Notes: generated from the letters alone by a model not told the origin. Shown: positions 8,519 to 19,892, numbered from the stretch's first letter. The stretch: 64,000 bases of DNA from an uncultured Ignavibacteria bacterium (GCA_964584025.1 CAZOYE010000002.1:184090-248089), one strand, 5' to 3'. Numbers and translations: made by a program.

Positions 8519-9469
8519 CTACAGCTTGCGCGCCAACCAGCGCATCACATTACGGGCAAATTGCTGATTGTCACAGTCGGCGCGGTTCATGCCGAATTCC
8601 TCGCCTTTGTAGACTTGCGCTGTCAACATCGCGGCTTCGCCCAGAACGACCACCCGTCCCCCGCCAATCTCCAAGGCCACTCCCTGTGCGTTCCCGGCCG
8701 GCTGCGGCTTCATCTCGACGCGACCTTCAACTTCAGCTTGCGGAATATATTCGACGGCATTTTCCGGTAGTCGCAACAAAATCGTTGCGCTATCTGTTAC
8801 CAGCAGCGACTGGCCGGTGAAGGTCATCACGCGATGTACCGGATTGGCGCCACCCGTGATGATTGGATGATCTCCCAGTCGGCCGTTGGCATCGGAGAAA
8901 AGCAGCGGATCGGAAACCTCATCGGGGACCTCAACGAAACCGCAGAACATCTTCACACCGAAGGCCTCAGCCAGTGCGGCGCTCGCGGCTCCAAACGGGG
9001 CATGATCGGCGATCAGGAGAAGCGCACCACCTTGCTTCACCCACTCAACAATGCTCGCGACTTCTTCGCCCGAAAACGCCGGCGCTGATCGGTCGCCTTC
9101 CGTGCCGATGGGCAGATTGAAACCGAGGAATTGCGGTTTGGGTGCACCAGAGGCATTGGCGATTACCAGGATGTCCGTCTTGTTCAGCAACGCGGCGCTG
9201 AATTTGTCTTTTCCTTTTGTAACGCGATATCCGTCGGCGCACAGCAATTTGCCGAACGGCCAATAGCGGCCGGCAACACCGATTGTGCTGGCATTGTTGT
9301 GCGCCTGATCGACAAGTACCCGAGGGCCAGTGCCCTCGTCATAAGCCGGCGTATCAATAGCCGGACTCCAGCCGTAGTCGGCGCGTTGTTCGCGATAGAC
9401 GACGTAGCCTAGACTGATAACACCTGCAGCCACAACGACGACGAGAGCGATGAGAATGACCTTCTTCAT
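8519..9469 (-). CDS. Membrane-anchored DUF4350 / class I glutamine amidotransferase-like fold protein.
   Basis: N-terminal TM helix (MKKVILIALVVVVAAGVISL). Central ...DILVIANASGAP...EEVASIVEWVKQGGALLLIADHAPFG resembles GATase1-like/DUF4350 (GldG N-terminal-like) modules. Confidence 0.5.
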   Translation of the reverse strand: MKKVILIALVVVVAAGVISLGYVVYREQRADYGWSPAIDTPAYDEGTGPRVLVDQAHNNASTIGVAGRYWPFGKLLCADGYRVTKGKDKFSAALLNKTDILVIANASGAPKPQFLGFNLPIGTEGDRSAPAFSGEEVASIVEWVKQGGALLLIADHAPFGAASAALAEAFGVKMFCGFVEVPDEVSDPLLFSDANGRLGDHPIITGGANPVHRVMTFTGQSLLVTDSATILLRLPENAVEYIPQAEVEGRVEMKPQPAGNAQGVALEIGGGRVVVLGEAAMLTAQVYKGEEFGMNRADCDNQQFARNVMRWLARKL

Positions 9470-9600
9470 GGGGAGAGCCTACCTCTCACGAATGTTAGGA
9501 TCTTCATTCAGACCCAAGCAACGATTTGAGTCAGTTAATGGAAGTAGGACTGGGGAAACGCTGAGGATGTTTCAGCAGGTGGAGACCGACAGCATTGTAT

Positions 9601-10002
9601 CTATGTCAGCTCTCGAACCTCCTCCGCGAACGCAATCACGTGCCCATCAGGGTCGAGGCTGTAGGCGGCGCGATCTCCCCAAGAGCGCAGCGACATCGCG
9701 CTGAGTTCACGAGCACCAGCAGCGAGTGCACGCTGATGATATGCCGCGGCATTGGTCACACGCAGATACAATTCAGCGCGGGGAATTCCATTAGCGCGAG
9801 CGGGATCGGGAAGAGCGTCCCCGAGCAGCCGCTTGATATTTGCTTCCGGCATGAGCCCCAGCGAGCCGGTTGGACTCAGTGCAAATTCTGTCATCCCTGG
9901 TACATTCAGAGCCGGTTCGCTGCCCAACACCTCGGTATAGAACCGCATGCTCCGCTCCTGATCAGAGACGTATAGGATGAAAATGGAACTTTTTGCGCTC
10001 AC
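9601..10002 (-). CDS. VOC (glyoxalase/bleomycin resistance/dioxygenase) family protein.
   Basis: 133 aa, ILYVSDQERSMRFYTEVLG...DPDGHVIAF pattern. 4-nt overlap with the upstream gene, suggesting an operon. Confidence 0.75.
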   Translation of the reverse strand: MSAKSSIFILYVSDQERSMRFYTEVLGSEPALNVPGMTEFALSPTGSLGLMPEANIKRLLGDALPDPARANGIPRAELYLRVTNAAAYHQRALAAGARELSAMSLRSWGDRAAYSLDPDGHVIAFAEEVRELT

Positions 10003-10838
10003 GCTTGGTTCTTCCCGAAAATCTCGTTCAGCTCTTTGAAACTCGCCGCGTCACCGAGTGAGTTAAACTCCCCGGTTTTGAGGATACTTGCGGCCGCATT
10101 CATGAATGCTCCCAATGCCACCCGCGACAACGACGATCCCACCGAAATTCTTCGCACACCCAAGTCGGCAAGCTGTCTGACTGTCAGCCCCGGTGAGATC
10201 ACTAGCGCATTGACCGGTTTGGGTGCAACGGCCTTGACAATGCGCTCGATGATCTTCGGATCGGCGATACGCGGTGCGTACAAACAGTCAGCGCCGGCTC
10301 GCGCGAAAGCGACCAGCCGGTCGAGGACTTCGCGCTCGGCATCCGGGTGACCCACAAGAAACGCCTCGCAACGCGCCGTCAGCAGTACGCCGGTTTTCGA
10401 GTCGTCGATAGCAATGCGCGCCGCGCGCAGACGGTCGAGCGCCGTGCGACGATCGTAAAGCGGCTGCGCCGGATCACCGGTGGCGTCTTCGATCGAGAGC
10501 CCGGCAACGCCGGTCTGAGCACACAACGTGACGTTGCAGGTTAGCAATTCAATATCGTTAGCATATCCGGCCTGAAAATCGGCGTTCACCGGAAGCGGCG
10601 TTGCTTCGACGATATCTTTGATATTCGCCAGCACCCCATCCAGTGACAGCGCGTTCGGATCATCCGGCAAGCCGCGAGTAAACGCGTACCCCGCCGAGGT
10701 TGTCGCCAGCGCCTTGAATCCCAGGTGATGTAATATCTTCGCCGACCCGCCGTCCCACGGATTGGGAATGACAAAGCACCCCGAGGCGTGGAGCGCGCGG
10801 AAGGTGGCAATGCGAGATGCCTGTTTTGTGTTGGTCAT
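9999..10838 (-). CDS. Isocitrate lyase / PEP mutase superfamily enzyme (2-methylisocitrate lyase or carboxyvinyl-carboxyphosphonate phosphorylmutase-like).
   Basis: FRALH...FVIPNPWDGGSAKIL...GLSIEDATGD motifs characteristic of the ICL/PEPM family. Confidence 0.85.
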   Translation of the reverse strand: MTNTKQASRIATFRALHASGCFVIPNPWDGGSAKILHHLGFKALATTSAGYAFTRGLPDDPNALSLDGVLANIKDIVEATPLPVNADFQAGYANDIELLTCNVTLCAQTGVAGLSIEDATGDPAQPLYDRRTALDRLRAARIAIDDSKTGVLLTARCEAFLVGHPDAEREVLDRLVAFARAGADCLYAPRIADPKIIERIVKAVAPKPVNALVISPGLTVRQLADLGVRRISVGSSLSRVALGAFMNAAASILKTGEFNSLGDAASFKELNEIFGKNQA

Positions 10839-10864
10839 ATGCGTTGCAGAATACAGAGATTGTC

Positions 10865-10884
10865 ATTCCGGCGAAAGCCGGAAT
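10865..10884. repeat. REP-like palindromic element copy 1 (perfect 8-bp stem, GAAA loop) inside a GTCAT...ATCCAG module.
   Basis: attccggc-gaaa-gccggaat, flanked by gtc...ccag. Intergenic between the PEP mutase gene and the 11018..11407 ORF. Confidence 0.6.
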
Positions 10885-11017
10885 CCAGCTTCGTAGGCAA
10901 AACGAAGATCGAAGTATGCGAGCCTCGTCGTAGGGGCTGGGTCTGCCTGCCCGAAATGTCTTTGCAGGATATTATTGAGCGGGCGCGAAGACCGTGCCCC
11001 TACGGTAACGAGATCCG

Positions 11018-11407
11018 TCATCCCCGCGGAGGCGGGGATCCAGGTTTGGTGTCGACTTCCTGCCACTTCGGCAATCCGCAGTGGACGCATTGCTTCGCAA
11101 AGATGTTGTATCGGTGGAACCCGATGAAGTATGTGCTGAGAAAGAAATGCTCGCCACATCGCGGACAGCAGAAGGTCGAAAATCGCCATCCTGTAAGAAC
11201 GAATACAACGATCCAACCGAGAATGATGGCCTCGGCGGCTCGATCATATCCGTGGACTCCTGCCAAGTAGGCGCATATCAGTAGGCAGATTGGTAAGCCC
11301 AGGGAGATTGTTTGGACGAAGACGAACTGGCGTCGGCGATAATCTACCCATCCGGTAGAAGACACTTTGGCTGCTCCTTTCGCCCCATCAATCATCAGGG
11401 CGACCAC
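11018..11407 (-). CDS. Hypothetical small membrane protein with a zinc-ribbon-like CxxC...CxxC.
   Basis: CPRCGEHF...CVHCG; two hydrophobic segments. The C-terminal PGSPPPRG and the stop are encoded by the REP-like hairpin, so the 3' end may be repeat-derived. Confidence 0.4.
   Translation of the reverse strand: MVALMIDGAKGAAKVSSTGWVDYRRRQFVFVQTISLGLPICLLICAYLAGVHGYDRAAEAIILGWIVVFVLTGWRFSTFCCPRCGEHFFLSTYFIGFHRYNIFAKQCVHCGLPKWQEVDTKPGSPPPRG
11020..11039. repeat. REP-like palindromic element copy 2 (8-bp stem, GGAG loop), same GTCAT...ATCCAG module.
   Basis: atccccgc-ggag-gcggggat, flanked by gtc...ccagg, about 135 bp from copy 1. It also encodes the last residues and the stop of ORF 11018..11407. 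Confidence 0.6.
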
Positions 11408-11429
11408 AAGGTTCGCCCCGACGGTTTAT

Positions 11430-13913
11430 CTACACTTCCAGCTCCGCCTGCTCGGTGCCGTCACCATTGCCGTTGCCGTTCGTGTCGTCTTCTTCGGCGA
11501 TGATGCGCGCGACATCGGTGACCTTGTCGCCCGATTCGAGATTGATCAGCTTCACACCCTGCGTGGCGCGCCCGATCACGCGAATCGATTTGATATCCTG
11601 GCGGATCACAATGCCGTTCTGCGTGATAATCATCAACCCGTCTTTGTCGACCACTTCCTTCACCGCAATCACCTTGCCGGTCTTGTCGGTGGTCTTCATG
11701 TTGATAATTCCCTTGCCGCCGCGATTGGTAACGCGGTATTCGGAGATCTCCGAGCGCTTGCCGAACCCGGATTCCGCCACTGTCAAGATCGTCGTTTCGC
11801 GTTTCACCACCACCATGCCGACCACGAAGTCGGTCTTTTCCAGCTCGATGCCCTTGACACCGTACGCCGTGCGGCCCATTGCGCGCACTTTGTTTTCCTC
11901 GAAGCGAATCGCCTGCCCGTGATGCGTGGCAAGAATGACATCGTTGTTGCCGTCCGAAATATCGACCTCGATCAACACGTCGTCATCCGGAATATCAATC
12001 GCCTTGATCCCGTCGCGCCGCGGATTGCTGAATGCCGATAGGTCGGTCTTCTTGATCGTCCCGTTGCGCGTCGCCATCACGACAAAGCGGCCTTCCTCAA
12101 AACTGCGCACCGGCACGAACGCGCAAATCTTCTCGTTCTCCACGAGATCGACCATGTTCACCACCGGTTTGCCCTTGGCCAGTTTGCCGCCGACCGGCAC
12201 TTCGTGCACCTTGATCCAGTACGCCTTGCCCTTGCTGGTGAAGAACAGGATATAGTCGTGCGTCGAAGCGATAAACAAGTGCTCGACGAAATCTTCTTCC
12301 TTGACGTCGATCCCCTTCACGCCGCGCCCGCCGCGATTTTGCTTGCGATAGGCGGAGGTCGACAGCCGCTTGATGTACCCCTGGTGGCTGATCGTGATCA
12401 CCATGTCTTCCTCGGCGATCAGATCCTCGATCGTGATTTCTTCCTCGGCGTCGACAATCTCCGTGCGGCGGTCGTCACCGTACTTGTCCTTGAGTTCGAT
12501 TAACTCGGTCTTGATAATTTCCATCCGCATCGCCTGGCTGGCCAGCACCGCCTTGAGGTATTCGATCTGCTTGATCAGTTCGCGGTATTCGTCTTCGATT
12601 TTCTGGCGTTCCAGCCCGGTGAGGCGCTGCAAACGCATATCGAGAATCGCCTGCGCCTGGATTTCCGAGAGCTTGAAGCGCGACATCAAATTCTCTTTCG
12701 CTTCCGGCACGGTCTTGGAGGCGCGAATCGTCGCGATCACCGCGTCGATATGGTCGAGCGCAATGCGCAAGCCTTCGAGAATATGCGCGCGTTCCTCGGC
12801 CTTCTTGAGATCGTACTGCGCCCGGCGCACGACTACTTCGTGGCGATGCTTGATGAATTCATCCAGCATCAGTCGCAGCGGCAATACCTTGGGCGCGCCG
12901 TCGACCAGCGACAGCATAATCACGCCGAATGTCGATTGCATCTGCGTGTGCTTGAATAACTGGTTCAGTACCACCTGCGGCGGCACATCGCGCTTGAGTT
13001 CGATCACTATGCGCATGCCGTCGCGATCCGATTCGTCGCGCAGGTCGGAGATGTCTTCAACAACCTTATTGCGCACGAGGTCGGCGATCTTCTCGATCAG
13101 ATTCGATTTGTTGACCTGGAACGGAATCTCCGAGATGACGATTTGCTCTTTGCCGTTCTTGAGTTTCTCGACATTTGCTTTCGCGCGCACATTGATGCGC
13201 CCGCGGCCGGTGAGATACGCCTCGCGAATCCCCTCGCGCCCGTAGATAATCCCGCCGGTCGGAAAATCGGGACCGCTCACCAGCTTCAGCAGTTGCGCCT
13301 CTTCCAGTGCCGGATTGTCGATTACCGCGACCAATGCGTTGACGATTTCCTGCAGATTGTGCGGCGGAATATTCGTCGCCATACCGACCGCGATACCGGC
13401 AGAGCCGTTACAAAGCAGGTTCGGAAATTTGCCCGGAAGTACCTTCGGTTCGCGCAACGTCTCGTCGTAGTTCGGCATGAAATCGACGGTGTCTTTTTCG
13501 AGATCGGCCAGCATCTCCATCGCAATCGGCGTGAGACGGGCTTCCGTGTAACGCATCGCCGCGGCATCGTCGCCGTCGATCGAGCCGAAGTTGCCCTGCC
13601 CGTCGACCAGCGGATAGCGCATATTGAAGTCCTGCGCCATGCGCACCAGCGTCGGATAAACCACCTGTTCACCGTGCGGGTGATAGTTACCCGAAGTGTC
13701 GCCGCAGATTTTCGCGCATTTACGATGCGGGCGGTCGGGTGCCAGATTGAGATCGTTCATCGCGATCAGGATGCGCCGGTTCGAGGGCTTGAGTCCGTCG
13801 CGGCAATCCGGCAGCGCGCGCGCCGTGATGACCGACATCGAATAATCGAGGTAGGAGGATTTCATCTCCTCCTCGAGATAGACCGTAATCAGATTTTCGC
13901 GGTTTAGGACCAT
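11430..13913 (-). CDS. gyrA: DNA gyrase subunit A.
   Basis: IEEEMKSSYLDYSMSVITARALPDCRDGLKP...YHPHGE...; full-length GyrA with C-terminal beta-pinwheel repeats. Confidence 0.97.
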   Translation of the reverse strand: MVLNRENLITVYLEEEMKSSYLDYSMSVITARALPDCRDGLKPSNRRILIAMNDLNLAPDRPHRKCAKICGDTSGNYHPHGEQVVYPTLVRMAQDFNMRYPLVDGQGNFGSIDGDDAAAMRYTEARLTPIAMEMLADLEKDTVDFMPNYDETLREPKVLPGKFPNLLCNGSAGIAVGMATNIPPHNLQEIVNALVAVIDNPALEEAQLLKLVSGPDFPTGGIIYGREGIREAYLTGRGRINVRAKANVEKLKNGKEQIVISEIPFQVNKSNLIEKIADLVRNKVVEDISDLRDESDRDGMRIVIELKRDVPPQVVLNQLFKHTQMQSTFGVIMLSLVDGAPKVLPLRLMLDEFIKHRHEVVVRRAQYDLKKAEERAHILEGLRIALDHIDAVIATIRASKTVPEAKENLMSRFKLSEIQAQAILDMRLQRLTGLERQKIEDEYRELIKQIEYLKAVLASQAMRMEIIKTELIELKDKYGDDRRTEIVDAEEEITIEDLIAEEDMVITISHQGYIKRLSTSAYRKQNRGGRGVKGIDVKEEDFVEHLFIASTHDYILFFTSKGKAYWIKVHEVPVGGKLAKGKPVVNMVDLVENEKICAFVPVRSFEEGRFVVMATRNGTIKKTDLSAFSNPRRDGIKAIDIPDDDVLIEVDISDGNNDVILATHHGQAIRFEENKVRAMGRTAYGVKGIELEKTDFVVGMVVVKRETTILTVAESGFGKRSEISEYRVTNRGGKGIINMKTTDKTGKVIAVKEVVDKDGLMIITQNGIVIRQDIKSIRVIGRATQGVKLINLESGDKVTDVARIIAEEDDTNGNGNGDGTEQAELEV

Positions 13914-14063
13914 GGTAGTGTCTCTATGTTAAAGTATGAAATTTCAATTCTATCAGTTCGCTTCGTAATTCTCGACTTTCGCAATCTCTCGTAGGTCGGG
14001 TTCCGAGCGTTGCTGCCGCTTCATCACTTGAGCACTCGTTGAAGCGAGAAACCCGACATGGAG

Positions 14064-14933
14064 TTAATCGCTTGTCTGAGAGGCAGAATGCTGCTCGCTC
14101 TCCACAATTCTGATGGGCAATATGCCCTCAACGCCACTGTATTTTGATCTCAGCAATCGCTGCAGTACCTCGCTCTCTGTCATGAGATCAAACATCGCCT
14201 TTTGTGCCTGAAGCACAACCTTCGCCGAATCGCTCTCGGTGACCGAGTGCTTCGCAAGCGGACCTAATCTCTGGTACTCTTCATACATCCCGGGTTCATC
14301 CGAAAATAGGTCCTCCATGATTGCCTCGAGCGCAAAGGCTTCAACCCAGAGATTCTTTCTACCTTCATAGGTGTCGATGCCGTTGATACCGGCGCAGAAA
14401 TGGGCCTGAAATTGACCTTCGCCGTTCAAGCCGTCGATGTAGATGAAGCGGGCCGCCAGGGGAAACACTTCATTCCATGTCCAAGCCGATGTATCCGCTT
14501 TAGTAACAAACGACTCATCAATGTCCTGCCCCTGGATTCTCAGCCAACGTGACAGAAGCGGCAACATCCACTGATTAAACGATGAATCACTTTCCAAGGC
14601 GGTCTGGAATGCCCGATTCATCTCATTACCGTCTTCAATTTGCAGCAACGAGTTATTCCCCGGGCCAAAGACTTCCTGGCTGTGGTCCAACAAATAACCA
14701 AGGAGAAGCTCATGGTCGTCGACAAGTCCGGAAAGAACTCCACTGCTTTCGGGCTCTACGATGGAAGTCGAAAAACCGACTTGTCCCTGGTATTCGCTTC
14801 GCTCGAGAAGAAACAACTGACTGCACATCGTCCGCAATGAGTCAATCGAGACGCGCTTTGACTGATCAATCGCCAGGGAGATCTGAGTGCCTAAAATCAA
14901 GGTCCCTACAATGACGGAGATTCGCAATCTCAC
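14064..14933 (-). CDS. Hypothetical secreted protein inserted between gyrB and gyrA.
   Basis: Signal peptide MRLRISVIVGTLILGTQISLA; no recognisable domain; bracketed by a 14-bp imperfect direct repeat (13989-14002 and 14961-14974). Confidence 0.55.
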   Translation of the reverse strand: MRLRISVIVGTLILGTQISLAIDQSKRVSIDSLRTMCSQLFLLERSEYQGQVGFSTSIVEPESSGVLSGLVDDHELLLGYLLDHSQEVFGPGNNSLLQIEDGNEMNRAFQTALESDSSFNQWMLPLLSRWLRIQGQDIDESFVTKADTSAWTWNEVFPLAARFIYIDGLNGEGQFQAHFCAGINGIDTYEGRKNLWVEAFALEAIMEDLFSDEPGMYEEYQRLGPLAKHSVTESDSAKVVLQAQKAMFDLMTESEVLQRLLRSKYSGVEGILPIRIVESEQHSASQTSD

Positions 14934-15127
14934 TTCATCAAATCCCTAATCTAAGAGCCTTCGTAGGCCGGGTTTCTCCGCGCCTCTGGGCTGGCTTTCA
15001 TGATCCTTCGATTTCCAATGGGCGCTCCGGAATCGTACCTGCGTACTATCTCCCCTCTCCCTCCTGGGAGAGGGGGCGGGGGTGAGGGTTCACGTAATCG
15101 CGCACCAAATCCCCGCCTGCTAAGAAT

Positions 15128-17089
<1,962 letters not shown>

Positions 17090-17094
17090 TTATC

Positions 17095-17409
17095 TCAAGT
17101 AAAATAGATATCGTTTACAACTGCGGTTCCGAGCGCTGCATTCAACTTCTCGATGATCTCCGCCTTGCCGAAATTCAGCTCCTGCCGCCACGCCGAGGAC
17201 GGTACGCGAACCTGCAAAACTCCGGCATTGATGCTCACAGCTTGCGCCTTCGCGGCGATCTTTTCGCCGACCACTTCAGCAAACAGGCGCACCGCTTCCG
17301 ACTCGCGCAGGCGCTGCTCCAAACCGAGCTGTGCCAACGTGCGGGACAAAACATCCTTGATTTTTTCAGCGCGTCGAACCACGATTTTCCCCGCAAAACA
17401 AGCACTCAA
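17095..17409 (-). CDS. DUF721 family protein (DciA-like), in the typical position between recF and gyrB.
   Basis: 104 aa; the conserved recF-DUF721-gyrB synteny seen in many bacteria. Confidence 0.75.
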   Translation of the reverse strand: MSACFAGKIVVRRAEKIKDVLSRTLAQLGLEQRLRESEAVRLFAEVVGEKIAAKAQAVSINAGVLQVRVPSSAWRQELNFGKAEIIEKLNAALGTAVVNDIYFT

Positions 17410-17624
17410 TATACGATTTGCTCAATGCTTCGGGCAAGATAAAACTCCCCACTGAGACGCTTTTTTGGCGCTATAACAGATTGTGCAACAACGAATTATA
17501 AACACGCTCCAAATAGTCCATGATCGTTTTGGTCAAGTTCGTCGACAGCCCTTTGCCGCACGCGACAACAGCGTTTTTAGCCAATATTTATGCGCTCAAA
17601 ACCAGTGCCAGTAGATCGTGGCCG

Positions 17625-18725
17625 CTACGTCGGAGCGCCCTCGCGCAGAGCGATTTCTGAAGCTACCCGTGCGTTCGAACGCAATTGATCCGGTTTTGCT
17701 GTGGTGAGAAAAACCTGCCCCAGCTTCGGCAGCATCGCCATTAACGACTCGAGACGTTTGGGATCCAGATCACTGGTGATTTCATCCAGAAGCAGAATCG
17801 GCGCATCACCCAGCTTTTCCGTCAGGAAGTCGAAAACGGCGAATTTGATCGCCAACGCCATTGACTTGGCTTCTCCCTGCGAGGCATAGCCGCGCGTGGC
17901 CTCGCCAGACAGAGTAATTGCCACATCATCGCGGTGCGGACCGTGGCCGGTCGACCCCAAATATAGGTCGCGTTTGCGCCCGGCGGCCAGCTTCTGGCGC
18001 AGCGCCTCGGCTGTCGTGCCGTCACCAGCCACCGAAGACTCGTACGACCAGCTCAGTTCCGCCGCCGCACCGGCGATCGCCCGGTGGTATTCCGCCAATT
18101 TCGCAGATGTGCCCGCCAGCATCGCGACGCGTTTGGCGTTGATCCGCGCGCCGACATTCGCCAGTTGTTGATCCCAGAGGTCGAGCATTTCCAGATCGGC
18201 GGGCTCGTCATCGCTGATCTCGAAGGCTTTGAGCAATGCGTTGCGTTGAGCCAGGATCTTGTTGTACTCGAGAAGCTCCTTCAGGTAGCTGCGGTCGGCC
18301 TGCGAGAGATAAAGATCCAACAATCGCCGCCGCACCGCCGGGCTACCGTAGATCAAGTCCACGTCTTCCGGTATGTAGCTTACCGCATGAAAATACTCGA
18401 ACAACTCGGCAACGCGGGCCACCTTGACGCCGTCAATCTTGATCTGCCGCCGATGCGATTTCCCCCAGGCGATTTCGATGGCTGCCGTGCCGCCCGTCAA
18501 CTCTCCCTCGACCTCCAATCGCACGACATCCGTGCCCTTGCGAAGCAGCAAATCATCCGCAGCCGTCCGAAACGACCTGGTCGTGCAGGCGAAGAAGATC
18601 GCCTCAATCAACGAAGTCTTGCCCGCTCCGTTGGCGCCGCTGATCAGGTTGATTCCCGGCTTGGGAACGATCTCGAGCTGTTCGATGTTACGGAAATTGA
18701 CCAGTTTGACGCGGGTGAGATGCAT
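17625..18725 (-). CDS. recF: DNA replication and repair protein RecF.
   Basis: MHLTRVKLVNFRNIEQLEI...GANGAGKTSLIEAI (Walker A)... Start moved to the internal ATG 18723-18725. The track's 28-aa N-terminal extension is atypical of RecF. Confidence 0.9.
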   Translation of the reverse strand: MHLTRVKLVNFRNIEQLEIVPKPGINLISGANGAGKTSLIEAIFFACTTRSFRTAADDLLLRKGTDVVRLEVEGELTGGTAAIEIAWGKSHRRQIKIDGVKVARVAELFEYFHAVSYIPEDVDLIYGSPAVRRRLLDLYLSQADRSYLKELLEYNKILAQRNALLKAFEISDDEPADLEMLDLWDQQLANVGARINAKRVAMLAGTSAKLAEYHRAIAGAAAELSWSYESSVAGDGTTAEALRQKLAAGRKRDLYLGSTGHGPHRDDVAITLSGEATRGYASQGEAKSMALAIKFAVFDFLTEKLGDAPILLLDEITSDLDPKRLESLMAMLPKLGQVFLTTAKPDQLRSNARVASEIALREGAPT

Positions 18726-18833
18726 GCGTCCAAGATGGCTGATCGGCGCTCTTTCGCAATCAGTTTTAAGAAACACAGCGCCCGGACAACTGCTGCTGCC
18801 TTGCTTCAAGCCACTCGCGTTGAGGAGACAACC

Positions 18834-19856
18834 ATGATCAACACTAATCAGTTAATCGCCAACTTCGACAATTCAGGAGGACAAATCAGCCTTCCTGAGG
18901 GCGCCGCAGACAGCAGAGACATCGAACTACTCGACGCTTATTCGCGAGCCGTGACATCAGTCGTTGAAACCGTCAATCCCGCCGTCGTCAACATCTCGGT
19001 TCAAACGCGCCCAACCCGCAGTCGCAGCACTCAGCAAGGCAGCGGCTCCGGAGTCATTCTTACACCGGATGGCTATATTCTCACCAACAGCCACGTCGTC
19101 CACGGCGCGGAGCGCATTGAAGTTATGCTTCTCGACGGTACATCCGCGCGGGCCGAACTAATCGGTGATGATCCTGCCACCGATCTGGCTCTGATTCGCG
19201 CTTCTCTCGCCGGGCTGATCCACGCGGAACTGGGAGATTCGTCATCGTTGCTGCCAGGGCAGGTCGTCATTGCGATGGGGAATCCACTGGGTTTCCAATC
19301 CACAGTCTCAGCGGGGATTATTAGCGCCCTTGGCCGCGCGATGCGCAGTCAATCGGGTCGACTGATCGAGAACGTCATCCAGCACACCGCTCCCCTCAAT
19401 CCGGGGAATTCCGGCGGACCGTTGCTTGACACTCGCGGCCACGTGGTTGGCATCAATACGGCCATCATCCAAATGGCTCAGGGGATCGGCTTTGCCATTC
19501 CCTCCAACACTGCCAGTTGGGTAGTATCGCAACTACTCAAGCACGGACGCGTGCGCCGCGGATTTCTGGGAATCGCGGGACAGCAGCGCTTGCTGTCTCG
19601 GCGTCTGGTGCGCTTCTACAATCTTGCCAACAAACACGGCGTAGAAATCGTGTCCGTCGAGCCCGACACCCCGGCAAAGTCCGCAGGTCTGATGAAAGGC
19701 GACATTATTGTCGCAATCGACGAGACACCGGTGCAGAGCATTGATCAAGTCCACCGCATCATGACCGAGTGGACCGAGGGGAAGTCTTTGTCATTAAATG
19801 TCATACGGCTTACGGAGATGACAACAATCGATGTCCTGCCGATCTTGGCGGCGTGA
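18834..19856 (+). CDS. HtrA/DegP-family trypsin-like serine protease with one PDZ domain and no obvious signal peptide.
   Basis: Catalytic triad context TNSHVV...DLALIR...GNSGGPL; C-terminal PDZ (GFLGIAGQQ...). The ORF-track 5' extension (18084-18833) runs antisense through recF and is rejected. Confidence 0.85.
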   Translation: MINTNQLIANFDNSGGQISLPEGAADSRDIELLDAYSRAVTSVVETVNPAVVNISVQTRPTRSRSTQQGSGSGVILTPDGYILTNSHVVHGAERIEVMLLDGTSARAELIGDDPATDLALIRASLAGLIHAELGDSSSLLPGQVVIAMGNPLGFQSTVSAGIISALGRAMRSQSGRLIENVIQHTAPLNPGNSGGPLLDTRGHVVGINTAIIQMAQGIGFAIPSNTASWVVSQLLKHGRVRRGFLGIAGQQRLLSRRLVRFYNLANKHGVEIVSVEPDTPAKSAGLMKGDIIVAIDETPVQSIDQVHRIMTEWTEGKSLSLNVIRLTEMTTIDVLPILAA

Positions 19857-19892
19857 GAGTATCTCCGTTCCCGATCGGCTCGAAATTCCCTT

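Noticed and set aside
10863-11247. Overlapping minus-strand ORFs (117 and 91 aa) across the REP-like repeat region.
   Set aside because: They overlap each other and the repeat hairpins, and they are Arg/Ser-rich. The single 11018..11407 frame with a Cys zinc-ribbon pattern is the only one with any protein-like feature.
11367-13907. Several long plus-strand ORFs (224, 291 and 254 aa) inside gyrA, and similar ones inside gyrB (15401..16063, 16199..16924).
   Set aside because: All lie antisense within universally conserved gyrase genes. They have low-complexity Arg/Ser/Ala-rich translations and are not real.
15045-15082. Perfect inverted repeat cccctctccc/gggagagggg considered as a rho-independent terminator of gyrB.
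   Set aside because: On the gyrB (minus) strand the stem is not followed by a U-tract, so classic intrinsic-terminator criteria are not met. It is reported only as part of the gyrB-gyrA insertion observation.
17410-17624. Possible DnaA boxes in the recF/DUF721 intergenic region.
   Set aside because: The best match is TTATAAACA at about 17497-17505 (7/9), with no clustering, so it is not convincing compared with the two perfect boxes at 32.2 kb.
18084-18833. 5' extension of the HtrA ORF (590 aa as called in the track).
   Set aside because: The extension runs antisense through the entire recF gene and has Arg/Ala-rich, high-GC antisense composition. Protease homology starts only at the ATG at 18834. 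It is an open antisense frame in a GC-rich gene, not coding.
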